From Rhina ancylostomus (taxonomy: Eukaryota), in NCBI GenBank assembly GCA_030265395.1, contig JARFYF010000065.1, positions 12,215,202 through 12,279,201 of the forward strand: a stretch of 64,000 nucleotides of DNA, in the 5' to 3' direction. Made by a program: the position numbers and the translations under genes. The notes below the pieces were generated by a model, which was given only the letters and a program-made list of their open reading frames with translations, searched no databases and was not told the DNA's origin. Shown one piece after another: positions 29,771-42,879 of the stretch. Positions within the stretch are counted from its first letter, which is position 1. The number at the start of each line of letters is the position of its first letter.

Positions 29771-30430
29771 TCATCAAATCTCGCGAGATTTGCCCATCGC
29801 GGAAGGGTGTTTGGAGCGTAAACTAATCAAAGCCCGCCTTACTCAGCGGTACACGTCCGTGTTGGTTTCATCTGTCCAGCCAATGACAAGCGGCGATCCT
29901 GTTGCTAATTCAAGATGGCGGCCCCCGTGTCCGTTACTTCGCCGGCCAGCGAGTTGAGGGAGAAGGGAGAGGATGAGGGGAGGGAGCAGGCGGAGGCGGA
30001 GGGAGAAGGCTGCTCGGAGGGCGAGCCGTGCTCCAGGGCCGGCCCAGAGGCCGGAGGAGAGGAAGGCGGGGAGGCGGCGGCGGCGGCGCACGGGCGGACT
30101 CCCGAGGAGATGCTGGCCGAGCTGGAGGCCGAGGAGAAGCAGCAGCGGCTGGAGCGGAGCCGCCGCGAGTTCCGCAACCGCCGCAAGATCATCATCAGGA
30201 ACCTGCCGCTGGACATCATCGCCCAGGTAAAGGGCGGCGGACGGCAGCACCGCGGTGGAGCCGCGGCCCCGGGCCTCGCCCGCCGCACGGCGGTGGCGCG
30301 CAGCCTGTTGGCCCGGATGTCAGCTGTCAATCAAAGGCCGGCCCCGGGCTCACGCTGCTGCGTCAGCGGCGGCTGCAGGGGCTGCCCCGCTCTTTGTTCC
30401 TTCCACCGGGGAGCCGGGCCTCACTGATGT
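29770..30430 (+). promoter_or_regulatory. CpG island / RAVER1 promoter with TCTCGCGAGA element (29779-29788), ETS-like CGGAAG (29800-29805), CCAAT box (29880-29884) and YY1 motif CAAGATGGCGGC over the ATG
   Basis: Abrupt high GC and CpG density against an AT-rich background; motifs read directly from the sequence. Confidence 0.88.
29915..30226 (+). CDS. RAVER1: RAVER1 exon 1 (MAAPVSVT...RLERSRREFRNRRKIIIRNLPLDIIAQ)
   Basis: Strong Kozak context aagATGG, cag/gtaaag donor; matches human MAADVSVT...FRNRRKILIRGLP. Confidence 0.94.
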
Positions 30431-33400
30431 TTCATGAGCGTTGAACACTTTAGTTTGCTGTTTCATGGAAAGTTGCACATTTGAGTGTGCTATTTCATGA
30501 AAAGCTGCACGCTTTAATAGAAGGCTAACCCTTCAATTATATCGCACAAAATATATCCCAGTTTCGAGCCATCTGTGTGACTTTTTTTTGAAGTGCTATT
30601 CTTTTGTAGGAAATGGTGCCACGGCAAGTTTCCGCAAACTAACTAGACTGTTGATGCAATTTACTTCAAGGGTAAATACTGGCTAGGGGAGGAACTTCAC
30701 ATTAGTGCAATGGGGTTATTTATGGTAGAACAAATCAGGTCTTGTTTTATGATCTTAGTAGAAAGACCCCAGTCATTTATTTGTGCCTGTACTTTTTTGC
30801 TTTCAAGTCTCTGAAGTTAGACTTGGACCCACGTTCTGATTTAGAAGGAGGCATGTGACGTAGCTGGCTACAACTCTTAAGGCACTGTGTCCAGTAGGGT
30901 TTTAAAGAAAAAGTGGGGAGAATTCTTTGGAACAGGGTTGCCTGATGGGAGACTTAATCGAGGTGCATGCAATCTGAGGGGCCTAGGTAGAGTAGGTAGG
31001 AAAAGTCTATTTCACTTAGCTGATGGATTAAAAATCTGAGGCCATAGAACCTGCTGGAAGGACCAGAAGGGAAGTGAAAAGAAGGCTTTTAGCTCTGAAG
31101 GTGGTAGTGGTTTAAGAGTATGTGAAAAGGTAGTAGGGGCAGAAAACATCACCACGTTTTAAAAAGTGCCTGGATGTGGACATTAAGAACTGTGACCTTC
31201 AGGGCTGTGGTCCAAGTGCTCTAAGATGGGTCATAGGCAAGTGTCCTCCTGGGTCATGAACTTTCTGCAATTATATGAATTCTTGAAATCAAATTTGGAA
31301 TGATGAATTTTGGCATTCTGAAGGTTATTGCTTGCTTGCTAATTGCAATGTGGAAGGAGTCCATTGAGTCCATGTGGGGTCCCAGCAGAGCAATCCAATC
31401 AGGCTCATTTCACCATCTTATTTTCCCTGCGGACCTACAGCAACTTCTTTCTTTTTCAATCTTTTTATTAATTTTCAAATTAAAGAAAGCAACTTCTATC
31501 TTTGATGTTTATCAATGCCTTTTGATTCTTTTGACACTTAACCACTTTAAGGGTGAGTGGAAACTGCAACAATCACAGGGAAAGTGCAGACAACACCCAG
31601 CGTCAGGAACTGTGACCAGGTCAGTAGTCCATTCCACTCCCACCCATGTTCAAAGATCCTATGGTTACAGAGGTGCTTCAAAGTCAGCACTGGAGAGACC
31701 AGATCTCTTGAACTTCAGCTTGGACGTGGTGTGTGGTAGAGTGGCAGAAGGCTGTTTGTGCTCTGTTTCAGTAATGTATAAACTTGATCAAATTTGCAAT
31801 TCTAGCCTATTAGTTGTACTCACGATGCTCAGCAAATGCAGGTACTATGATGGACAGTATCTAGTTGAGGGAGATTTTGAGTCTTTCACATCTGTCATCA
31901 TCATCAAGCCCCACTTGAAGATTGTGCACTTTTTTTTAAGCATTTGGTTGAACTGTAACAGGAATAGTTATCATTTCCCTCTTCCCACCCATTGTCCTAA
32001 TGCACATCAAAGTAAGTGATTTTTGTCCTTGATAATTAGTAGTTCTTGTTACTGAGCAAAACAGACCTATAGAATTACTATAGTTCTGTATTGTGCACCT
32101 TTGCTTAAAATTTGAAGCTATTCATAGGGTTGGATTTAAGTTTAGATACCAAAGGTAAAGCAGCATTTTGCCTGACTTCACCAACCCAGTCTTTGTATTT
32201 CTTAAAAAGAACTTGTTTTTGGTGTGGAGGTGATCCAATTATGGAAACTTGTTAATCTGATGCTATTTTGCCCTATTCAATATCAGGGGATCTCAAACAA
32301 CAGTATGTTACCAAGCAAATGATCACAAGTCAGCCCACAGGATTAATGAACTTAAGCAATAAATACAAGAGCATGGGGAGAATATCTGCAAGTATGCAGT
32401 CTGCTTTTTTGGATAAGATGTGAAGGATGAGATTCATTAAAGCAAATTTATAATTTGAAATTAATCTGGTGAACATTTATAGTGCGTGACAATGCTCACA
32501 AATAAGTTGGATATTAATATTGGAAAATTGTGCTCTTCATTAAACTCGTATGAGCTGGTAAGTTGTTGGATGACGATTTACACTCTCTATTGAATTAAAT
32601 ATGATTTATGAGAAAGCAATCAATTTTCTTGCTGCAATGAAATTATATTCCCTCTCCCACAGAATCCAGTGCTCTCAAATTTTGTTCAAAATCCAGTTTT
32701 ACTAGTTCTTTTTATTGCCCTTTTCCTTCGCTTTGTGATGGCTGATATAAAAATGATTGGCAGAGTCTCAGCTGTTTCATATGGGAGAAATGTTTATCAT
32801 AAATCTGAAGTTCATGAATGGTCCTTGGACAGCTAGATAGGTTTTCCTTAATTTAAAGTATGTCTTTTTTCAATTTTGAGGGAATTGGGTGTTCTTGAAA
32901 AGTCATAGGATGAGTTTAACTTGCACCTGGGAACTTGGTTGGAGCTTTTGATATCTTTTGTTTGCCTTGGGGGGTGAGACATAAATATTCAGCAAGAAAA
33001 CTTCTAAATATTCAAATTTAACAACTGTAAACTGATCCAGTTGTTAAATCTTGCTTTTCCAAAATGGTGTTCAGGTGGCGTTAAAACAATAAAAATCAAT
33101 AATTATTAAGGTTTTGCTCTCAGTGCAACATGAGTTAGCATATGTGATCTTGACTCTACACCCCTTTCCTTTCTCCCCCTAGTTTGCTAAGTTCTGTAAA
33201 GGCAAACAGTTTGTGCTTCAGGCTGCTTGTACTAAAGAGGCGGTTCTTAACTGATTAACCCACGTCCATTTCTCGGAATCAGCTTTAGTTAACTTCCAAT
33301 AGTTACTGTTTTAAATTTTGAGACTTGAACAATGAATATTAATTATTGTACAATTTAAAACTCTCCTGAATGGGTTCGCGTTAAATAGTAAGGTTCCACA

Positions 33401-34764
33401 CATTGCCTGGTTATTTATCCTGGGGCTATCTATTTCATTAACGTTTGGTAGGATTCAGGAAAGCCCTTTTTCTTCCAGTTAGTACCATGGAAATTTTTTA
33501 CACTTGTCTGAGAGGACTAAAGAAATCTCACCTGAAGATGGCACTTCCAAACCTGAGCATTGCTCGGTTTGTCAGGCTAAGCTTCAAACACTAGCACTGG
33601 TCACGACTTGACTCTCTCCATAGTGGTGCACACTGTCACCCCATTTTAGTTTAAATTCTTCTTCATGACCATGCTACCTCAAAGCTTTTTTTCTTTGCTG
33701 TCTACTGTCTTACCTGCCACTGCAGATTGGATTTTACCTTTATTGATTTACAGGATATGGATGTTGCTGGTGAGGCCATCTTTTATTCTCCTATTGCTTG
33801 AGACACACCCCAAACCACTGGAGTATGTATGGTGAAGATACTCCTGGAGTGCTTTTGGGGAGGAAGTTCCAGGACTTGAACTTGGCAACAATGAAGAAAA
33901 GGCAATATATTTCTAAGTCAGGATTATGTACATCTTGGAGAGAAATCTGTAGGTGGTGGTGGTCTTATGTGACCACTGCCTTTGTCCTTACTGGCAGTAG
34001 CAACTGTGGATTTGAGAAGAAATCTTACTAAGGTGCTGCAGTGCCAGTGATGAGTGAACTTTTAGTGTGGTGGGTTTGGATGGCATTCAAGTAGGTTGCT
34101 TGGTTCTAGATGCTGTCATGCTTTAGAGGGTTGTTAGGGCTACATTAGTTCTGAGTTCTCCTTACTTTTGCCTTGTAGATAGTGGACTGTCTTTGGGCAG
34201 TCAGGAAATAAGTCACTTACTATACCATAGCCAATCTCTGTGTGGCTCTGGCATGAGTGGTACTTGTGGCAGATCCAGCTCAATTTCTTGATGATGGAGC
34301 ACGTTGGTAATATCATTGAATTTCAGGGGAGTTGATTGGACTTTTAATGGAAGTGATCAGAGCAAAGCAACTGTGTGACCTTAGTATTCATTTCAACTTA
34401 TCGGCCTCTGCCCTGACATTCTTGATCTTACTCAGTGTAAGTAAGTACCACTTCTTTATCCATGGAGCTTTCTGAACATTGTTCCAAGTCCTTTACTTTC
34501 ACTGTCAAATGTTGCAAACCTTGTAATTATTTTAATGTTGCCTCTCGTCACCACTGCAGATTTCTCTCCCACTTCCTCATTGTTGCTGCCTCCCATTTCA
34601 AGTGCTTTGACATTGTGTCCAATATACTGAACTGTATCATCTATTTGAGTAAATATTTTTCTGGCAAAATCTTAGAGTTAGTAAGTATCTTTGTTCTATT
34701 TATCAAATAAAAATGACTGTTGACTTTCCTTTCCCTTTCCCCTCTGTAGGAGGGTAGGGAGATT

Positions 34765-35340
34765 GGAATTGGTTTATTACTGTCACGTGTACTGAGGTAC
34801 AGTGGAAAAACATGTCCTGCATACTGTTCATACAGATTAATTCATTACACAGTGCATTGAGGTAGTACACAGTAAAACAATAACAGAATGCAAAATAAAG
34901 TGTTATAGTTACAGAGAAAGTGCAGGTAGACAATAAGGTGCAAGGTCATAACGAGGTAGGTTGTGAGGTCAAGAGTCCATCTCACCGTACTAGAACTGTT
35001 CAATAGTTTTATAACAGCAGGATAGAAGCTGTCTTTGAGCCTGGTGGTACATGCTTTCAGGCTTTTGTGTCTTCTGCCTGATGGGAGAAGAGAGAATGTC
35101 CTGGGTCAGAGGGGTCTTTGATTATGCTGGCTGCTTTACTGAGGCAGCAAGAAGTATAGATAGAGTCCGTGGAGGGGAGGCTGGTTTTCCATGATGTGCT
35201 GAGCTACATCCACAGCTCTCTGCAATTTCTTGCGATCACAGGCAGAGCAGTTGCTGTACCAAGCCGTGATGCATCCAGATAGGAAGCTTTCTATGGTGTA
35301 TCGATTAAAAATTGGCAAGGCTCAATAGGGACAAGCCAAA
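34765..35340 (-). mobile_element. Rex1/Babar-type LINE 3' end
   Basis: Minus ORF YTIESFLSGCITAWYSNCSACDRKKLQRAV resembles the Rex1/Babar RT C-terminus; AATAAA-type tail on the minus strand. Confidence 0.8.
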
Positions 35341-37528
35341 TTGGAGATGGAGGGAAAAAAGCATGAATAAATTGTATGTCGTTGATTTAACTGATCCTGG
35401 ATGAGGCAACGAATGGGGGTGGGGGGAGAACTAACTTCTGTGAAAAGTAAGGAGAAAAAAACAAGAGGTGCTGGAAACACTCAGCAGGAGCAATGGAAAG
35501 TGAGGGCTTTTGACCTGAAATGCTAACTCTGTTCTTCCCCGGACACTTGCTGACCCGCTGGGTGTTTTCAGCATTTTCTGTTTTTATTTTGGATTTCTAG
35601 CATACACACTTTTTTCTTTGATTTGTTTTTTCAAAGTTGGGTGACAGATTGGATGGCAGTCAGGGTCACTGTCTTTAACCAATGTCTCCTTGGAAGCTGT
35701 ACATGGAGTTTGACTAAGGGCGAGTTGGACTGTGTTTGTAATACATCCCATCACCTTCCCCTTCCAGAAATCTTGTAAGGGCCCCTAAACTTTACCCATT
35801 ACTTAAACTTGATATCTGCAAGCTAAAGATTGGGAGCTTGGACTACCTGCCCAAAACCACCACCTTCCTGGTAGGAGTCAAAATCAGGAAGTGGGAGAAA
35901 AATAAATAGAATAACAATTGAGGATGTGTATGGCTGTCAATGACTGGAAACATTTTAGTCTATGAAATAAAACCCCAAAACAGTATATCGGTACAATAGT
36001 TTTACCAGAATGCCTCTTTCTCTTTCCCCTCACCACCAACCCCCCACCCAAACCACCACCAAATCACACAAATAAATAAATTTTCTTTAAGGTTGAGATT
36101 GATTTATTGGTGTCAAGTATTCTTGAAAAATATTTTTCTATTATGTGACAAGTTGAGAATAAAAAAGATTCTTGCTATTGGTCCATATCCAAAGTACATA
36201 AAGGAGCAGAAAAGTTTTGGGATTGATTTGGATGAAGTCCTTATTAGTGGGGCTGATTATTCCTTCCAAACCAATCGTAAGAGTTTGGACTCTGTGATAT
36301 ATCTGCCTTTCTTGCTTGCAAGCTCAGTAAGAGGCAGTACAAATGCCTCCACACTTGGTGATTTGTGGAATGACTTTGTAACAATCTAGTTCTATTGTGT
36401 AATTACTAATTGACTATATGATACATTCAGGTAGTTACAGCACAACCCACCCTCAAGCATGTAACTTTTCTAATTAAGCTTTGAAGGTAAAAGTGTCCAA
36501 TCGGCACCTATCTAATTTGACTTTTCAAACTTTTTTTCTTCAGAATCAATCTCCTCCATCAGAATTCCATTTAGGTTTTGGTGGCTTCCAGTAGCCTGTG
36601 CAACTTGCCTTTCCTCGTACGTTTTGATTGGCTATTTGACAACAGGGTTGTCACAAACTACCCTGACTCTAGCTGTCTCTATCATCCACATTCTTGTACA
36701 TGCTATAGTGGGTGTTCTGTTTGTATCTCTTGTAGGAATGTACTGAGGGGAAATGTTGACTGGTGTTGGCTCACTCACCACAGACCTGTGATCTATGTAG
36801 CTCAGCAACTTGCCAGCTGAATTCACTGATGTTTCAAAAATAGGAAAGAGTCACAGGCAACAGATACTCTGGTTTATGCACAGTTGCATTAAATATATTA
36901 ATGAGTAATGAATGTTGAATTTGCAAACATAAGTTGGTCATGCCATAGTTGGAAGGGTTTGCAGTCTGAGTTGTCTCATTTTACGAAGATTATCAGGCTG
37001 ATTGATCACTAAAGCAAATGTTTACCTGAATGATACAAGAATGAGAGAGAATTGTGAAGACTTGTATCTGTTATCACTCATACGAAACAGGATACAAGAT
37101 CTTGTAAGGTTTTCAAAATTCAAAGGTTGATAGATTGAACAGTGAAAACACCACCATTGGGAGAGGCTTTGACAGTGATCACTAAATATCATGGAGAAGT
37201 TATAATTTTACCTAACAATGTTTCATTGTGAGTGCCTATTATGGCCCAAATCATTGGATAATTTATTAGGGATTGCATTCAGAATATGTAAGGGTACAGG
37301 AAGTGGCAGTGCCCTCTACTTGATCAGTTGGCATCAGGCCAGTGCAACAAATTGGCATTTACTGAGTTGTAAAAGAGCCCTCTCGCTTTTTTTTATATAA
37401 AGTAAAATGTGTGTTAGCTTTTCGTTCACTTTTAATGTTGTGAATGTGCTGAATTGTCAACAATTCTTCAGCCCAGACATTCTAGTCTTAACTTTCATTT
37501 TTAATAATTCCTGTAACTTGTTTTCCAG

Positions 37529-37595
37529 GAAGTCTATGAACTGCTGAGTGATTATGATTTAAAATACTGCTTTGTGGACAAGTACAAAGGCACAG
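37529..37595 (+). CDS. RAVER1: RAVER1 exon 2, RRM1 ([22 protein letters not shown])
   Basis: ttccag / gtaaat, phase 0-1. CFVDKYKGT is RAVER1-type. Confidence 0.95.
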
Positions 37596-38215
37596 GTAAA
37601 TGTTCTTGAATATTCCTTAAGTGCCCGGATTTCAATGAAGAGTGACAAGTAAAATTTGACTGTAATAGATGCAGTACACCAGGGAGCATGAAGTATGCCA
37701 GGAAGCAATGAACTTTACCACATGTGAAATCCTGATCTCAAATATTCAATGAGACTGGAGGAAAAGTAATACAATAAGCTTAAAAGCTCATTCTTCTCTG
37801 GCACATTATACTCTCCTATTTGTAATTCAGATAACAGATTTTTATTTCTATTTCCTTGATGGACCTGAAAATTTATTATTCTTTGCAAGGCTTTTTTTTA
37901 GTACTTTTCAAATATGTTCTTTTAATTTCCACTCATCTGATTTGTATTTTCTTTTGTGTACTTTGAAGTAATAATTTGGAATTAAGTTGTCTTTTTTTTA
38001 AATACCTCTGTCAGCCTCAGCAAGGTTTCACCTAAACTACCCTTTCTACAGATGAACAAGGTTCAATCTTCACCCCACCCCTCTGTGTGAAATGCTAAAC
38101 TAAAGGCGTGAACTATTTCTATTTTCCCTTGACCCCATTAAGGGAGAAACAGTTACAAAGTCGTACTTTCACACAGATAAATGTATTAACTATTTGTTTC
38201 CTTGTTTACTTCTAG

Positions 38216-38685
38216 CTTTTGTCACACTATTAAACAGGGACCAAGCAAACTCTGCCATTGAGAAACTTCACCAGTCAACATTACGAGACCGAGAAATTTC
38301 AGTTCAGCTGCAGCCCACAGATGCTCTGCTCTGTATTGCAAATCTGCCACGGTCCTTCACTCAGCAGCAATTTGAAGAGCTGGTGCGACCTTTTGGAAAT
38401 CTGGAACGATGTTTTCTTGTATACAGTGAGGTCTCTGGGCACTCCAAAGGGTATGGTTTTGTGGAATACATGAAGAAGGACTCAGCTGCCCGTGCTAAAT
38501 CAGAGCTCCTTGGGAAGCAGCTGGGCACACGGACCCTGTATGGTCACTGGACAGATGTGAATCAACTGACTCTTGATCTCATGCATTCTAAGTGCCTGTG
38601 TGTGGACAAACTACCACATGATTATAAGGACCTGCAGGGACTCAGTCAAGCCTTCAGCTGTGTCTATCAGCCAACCTACTGTCAG
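38216..38685 (+). CDS. RAVER1: RAVER1 exon 3, end of RRM1, RRM2, start of RRM3
   Basis: ttctag / gtatga, phase 1-0; [37 protein letters not shown]. Confidence 0.97.
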
Positions 38686-40612
38686 GTATGATTAATGGAC
38701 ATGGGATCCAGCCATTCTTAAAGGCAAGGATGATCCAGAGGGTATTTTAAACCTATGAGCAACACTGACCATCTGTTACTTTCATAGCATATTCTTGTTT
38801 ACTTGGGTTGAAGGATTTGTTGTTGTGGGTTGCTTTTCTTCATTCATTCTTCATTCTTCTGGAGACCACTCCTCACCACTACGCATTCCCTGTGATGGGA
38901 AAAGTATCTGAGAAATTTTGGAAGAATGGTGGTGGTTAACCTGTGATTTGAAAATTTAATGTAGCATAAGTCTGCCTTTTAATTTCTCCCTCCTTTCAGA
39001 ATTCCCTTCTCTAATCTTTATCCTGTTTTCATCATGCTGACCAGAGGATGGAGATAAACACTTAGATATTCCTCTTAATTAGTCTGGAACTATATGGAAC
39101 CATCAGGGTTGAGAATATGGTATCTAAATTTGTGTGCCTGTGGACTGGCTTATCCAGAAGCTTTTGATACCAGATGTGATGTCTGAAGTGCTCTACTGGT
39201 AGTTGGTAAATTTTAGATCTTGAGTGGATTTGCACTCTTCTAGTATCCTTGTGGGTTTTTTCCTCCATTATTAATGACAAGCAACCTGTTCAGCAAAGAA
39301 TTGCCTACTGATTATATAGAAACTTCTATTCTGGTGATGTTACATGAGGTCGCAAATCTTTTGATGACTAGCCCACATACTGTAATCATAGTTTATCTGC
39401 CTGGTTCCCTTGGTGCCCCAATATTATGTTGTTCTTACCCTAAATATATTAATGACGAGCATTCGTAGCAGTTTGAAGAATTGAATAGAAAGGTTCCGAG
39501 CAAAAAGGATTTATCTTTATTCCAGAATGAATATTTAATCTTAAAATGCATTTCATTGAAGTCATTTCTCACTTTTCTAAACTGAGAAGGGTATTAGCCT
39601 CAGGTGACTCTACATTCGTATGATGTGGAATATCAGAGGAATCTTCATTGTTGATTAAAATAGTAATTTTTATCATTAAGGCCCTCGAATGTACAACTGC
39701 ATTGGAGATTAGGAAGGAAAACCCTGCACTGTGCTGGGTTGCTGAAAACTTGTAGACAGCAATTTAAGGGGGTCTAATTAAGTTTGAGAGCCTTAGTGCA
39801 AAGACTGCTCCCCGTGACTGTTCAGGCCTGCCTCACTGTATTTAATGCTATGCACTGTGAAGAAGGTCCTTGAAAAACACTGGTCAGAATAATTGTACCT
39901 TTGCAAACCTTTAAAGATTATGACAACTTTTGACTGACCAAGAATTGTCTGACATCACTGAAAGCATAATATATTTTTTTAAAAAAACTTTTATCACCTC
40001 TGTTCCTCTTTGGTGACGGGATCAAGCTTGGCTGTGACAATCTACTCAATCTAATAGTTGTGGCCAGCACTTATAAAGATGAAACTGAGGGAATCTGGGT
40101 TTTCAGGAGAGGGAGAATTCTTTACAACCGCAATTATGTTGTAAAAATGGAAGCAGGAATATGGCCCTTCATGCCTTGTCCACCTTTCAGTAAGGTTGTG
40201 GCTGCTTCTGTCTGTGGTCCAGTTTCCCACTCCAGTCCCATATCTCTTGGTACTCCATATCTAGAAACCTTCCTTCACAGCTTTGAATGAATCCAATAAT
40301 TGGGCATCTGCAGCCCTTTCTTGGTTAGTGGTTTCAGAAGATTTTAAACTGCGTACAGAAATTTCTTATGATCTCAAGCCTAAATAACCAACCCCTTATA
40401 CGTTGTCACCCCCACCCCTGTAAAGGATAATGCATAGAATGAATAGATTTATTCCCTGCTGACAAGTATTTTGTATTTTGAGAGTGGTTTCACCGAATAA
40501 ACCGGTGTCAGCTGAAGATTGTTATCTTCATTCCTTGTTTACCTTTGTTTATTTCTCTTCCCTTGCCCCATTCCTTTTCCTCAATCACTCATTTTCTGTC
40601 CCTTTCATGCAG

Positions 40613-40804
40613 CTGGCTCAAGGACCTGATGGGCAATTCAGAGGCTTTGCAGTTGTCGAATACGAAACTGCAGACGAAGCGGAAGAAATGCAACAAGAGA
40701 TGGATGGGATTTGGGTTGGCGGGAACCATGTTCGAGTTTCATTTTGTGCACCTGGACCCCCTGGGCGGAGCATGCTTCCTGCCTTGATAGCAGCTCAAGC
40801 TATG
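40613..40804 (+). CDS. RAVER1: RAVER1 exon 4, RRM3 ([19 protein letters not shown]...[24 protein letters not shown])
   Basis: atgcag / gtaagt, phase 0-0. Confidence 0.96.
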
Positions 40805-41003
40805 GTAAGTCAGCAATCAAATTTACACTTCTGTACTGATGTCAAGCACTGGATAACCAGGATGTCTAAGGTGTAGACTGTGAATGGGGAGGGAAATAGA
40901 GTTCTTATTGGTTATTAGGGAAAAGCTAGTTCAGCCTTGAACATTCTGTTCACTTAGATTAGACATTGTACCTTGTCTTCACTTGTTTTAATTCTTGTCC
41001 TAG

Positions 41004-41133
41004 GCAATGAACCGAGGGAAAGGTCTGCTCCCAGAGCCTAATCCTGTGCAGATTCTGAATAGCCTCAATAATCCAGCAACACTGCAGCTTCTCTTAAACC
41101 CATTAATCCATGGAGGAACTGGTGGGCAGCAGG
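41004..41133 (+). CDS. RAVER1: RAVER1 exon 5 ([43 protein letters not shown])
   Basis: tcctag / gtgagc, phase 0-1. Confidence 0.94.
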
Positions 41134-41427
41134 GTGAGCAATGGAGTACATGAGCTATAGATGGATGTGTTTATTGCTAACTACTATCTCTCTCGGGTTG
41201 TTCACAGTGTGACAGGATGCAGTAGTTCAGATCTGAATGGAGTTACCAAGTTGCCACGATTGGGAGGTACCCAGACCATAGCCTGTTTACTCAGCGGATT
41301 AGCGTTATTCCTGATGACTTGGCGGCTTCCAGTGTTGTATTGTTATGGAAAGCACTAGAAATCATGAACAAGGGCAGAGATTGTCAGATAGATTAAGTGT
41401 ACATTGGCAGAATTTTGAATTTTTATA

Positions 41428-41677
41428 CAGCAAGTCCCCAACTTACGAAAACCCATATTTGCAAACCGACCTTCATGGTTGGTTTGTAAGTGGGCCTGGC
41501 CCCCGATCCTACCACGGCGGCGGTACACCTTTGGCCCAACCCTGGGCCAAGTACACATGTGTGGCCGGGGAACCCTGGGCCAAGTGCACATGCATGGACA
41601 CTGTTCTGAGTTGCATACAAAATCGGGTTACAAACAGTCTCAAAAATAGAACTCGTTCGTAACCTGGGGACATCCTG
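41428..41677. mobile_element. Tc1/mariner (Tigger-like) MITE, 250 bp
   Basis: Imperfect 22-bp TIRs (cagcaagtccccaacttacgaa / ttcgtaacctggggacatcctg) flanked by a TA duplication. Confidence 0.8.
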
Positions 41678-41709
41678 TATTTGGAGGTTCTGCAAAGTGG
41701 TCTTCATGC

Positions 41710-42150
41710 TGTCATAGAGTCGTACAGTGTTGAAGTGAGCCCTTTGGCTCAACTTGTCCATGCTGACCAAAATGCCCATCTATGGTAGTCCCATTTCCCA
41801 GTGTTTGGCCCATATCCCTCTAAACCTTTCTTATCTATGTATTTGTCCAAGTGTACTTTAAATATTGGTGTTGTACCTGCCTCAACCACTTCCTCTGGCA
41901 TCTTGTTCTATAAACACACCACCTTCCATCTGTCGCATTAAACCTATGCCCTGTAGGTTTTGATTCTCTTCTCCTTCCCTGGTACGTTCACCCAATTTAT
42001 GCCCCTCATGATTTTGTACACCTTTTTATAAAGTTGCCCCTCAATCTCATGCTCCAATGAATAAAGTCCCAGCCTGCCCAACCTCTACCTCTCTCTCAGG
42101 CCCTTGAGTTATGGCAACATTCTCGTAAGGCTTCTTTGCACTCTTTTTAG
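41710..42150 (-). mobile_element. CR1 LINE 3' end
   Basis: Reverse complement resembles the copy at 18740-19140. Confidence 0.8.
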
Positions 42151-42879
42151 CTGTCTTGTGGAAACAGTGTTGATGGTAGACTCCATTTGAAGAAGTTTGG
42201 TTTTCCCCTGTAGTCACGCAGCTCAACAACTCAAATTCTAATTCCTTGCATCTCGCTATTTTGAAATTTCAAATTGTTTCTGTTATTTTGAGTGCAGTCC
42301 TAAAGTTTGTACTTTATCGTTGGATATGCCATGACATTGCTTACAGTTGACAGACCATAGTTGTATAGCCACTGGCTCAGCGTTTCTTTAATCCCATTAT
42401 TCGGGCCAGTTCTCTCTATTGTGAAACTGTTTGAATGGAGTTTCGTCAAATGCTTTAAAAATTGTGAACTCTGGTTGGATGCTGCTGCCCATCAGTAGTT
42501 GCCTTGAAGTCTCCTTTAGCAGCTACAATCCATGTTGTGAAACTATTGCTCTGGGGTGTTAGGGAGGGTGTTCCAAATGTCTTGTGGGATTGGAGAGAAA
42601 TACGTTGGTGTTACCACATGTTAGCTGTCCATATTCTCCTTCATGGGATGGTATATTGTTTGTTGGATCTATAAAGCTTGAAATCGCCAAGGGTTCCAAT
42701 TTAGAAAATTGAACTCCTTAAACTTTTGTCACCTTTTGATTCATCTTGATCTCAGTAAATTTTATTTTTAAATTGGTATCCTCTAAATTCACTGAACATG
42801 TTGTAAATCTTTTTATGATGAATAAGTGTGGAAATTCCCTTACAAGTACAATGTATGCTAATTTCACTATTTCTGTCAG

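Noticed and set aside
29843-30444. Several overlapping ORFs on both strands
   Set aside because: By-products of the GC-rich island; only the frame from 29915 matches RAVER1, and it splices out at 30226.
31300-32019. Longest ORF in the track (239 aa)
   Set aside because: No recognisable domain, unnatural composition, lies in RAVER1 intron 1 among degraded repeats; treated as chance.
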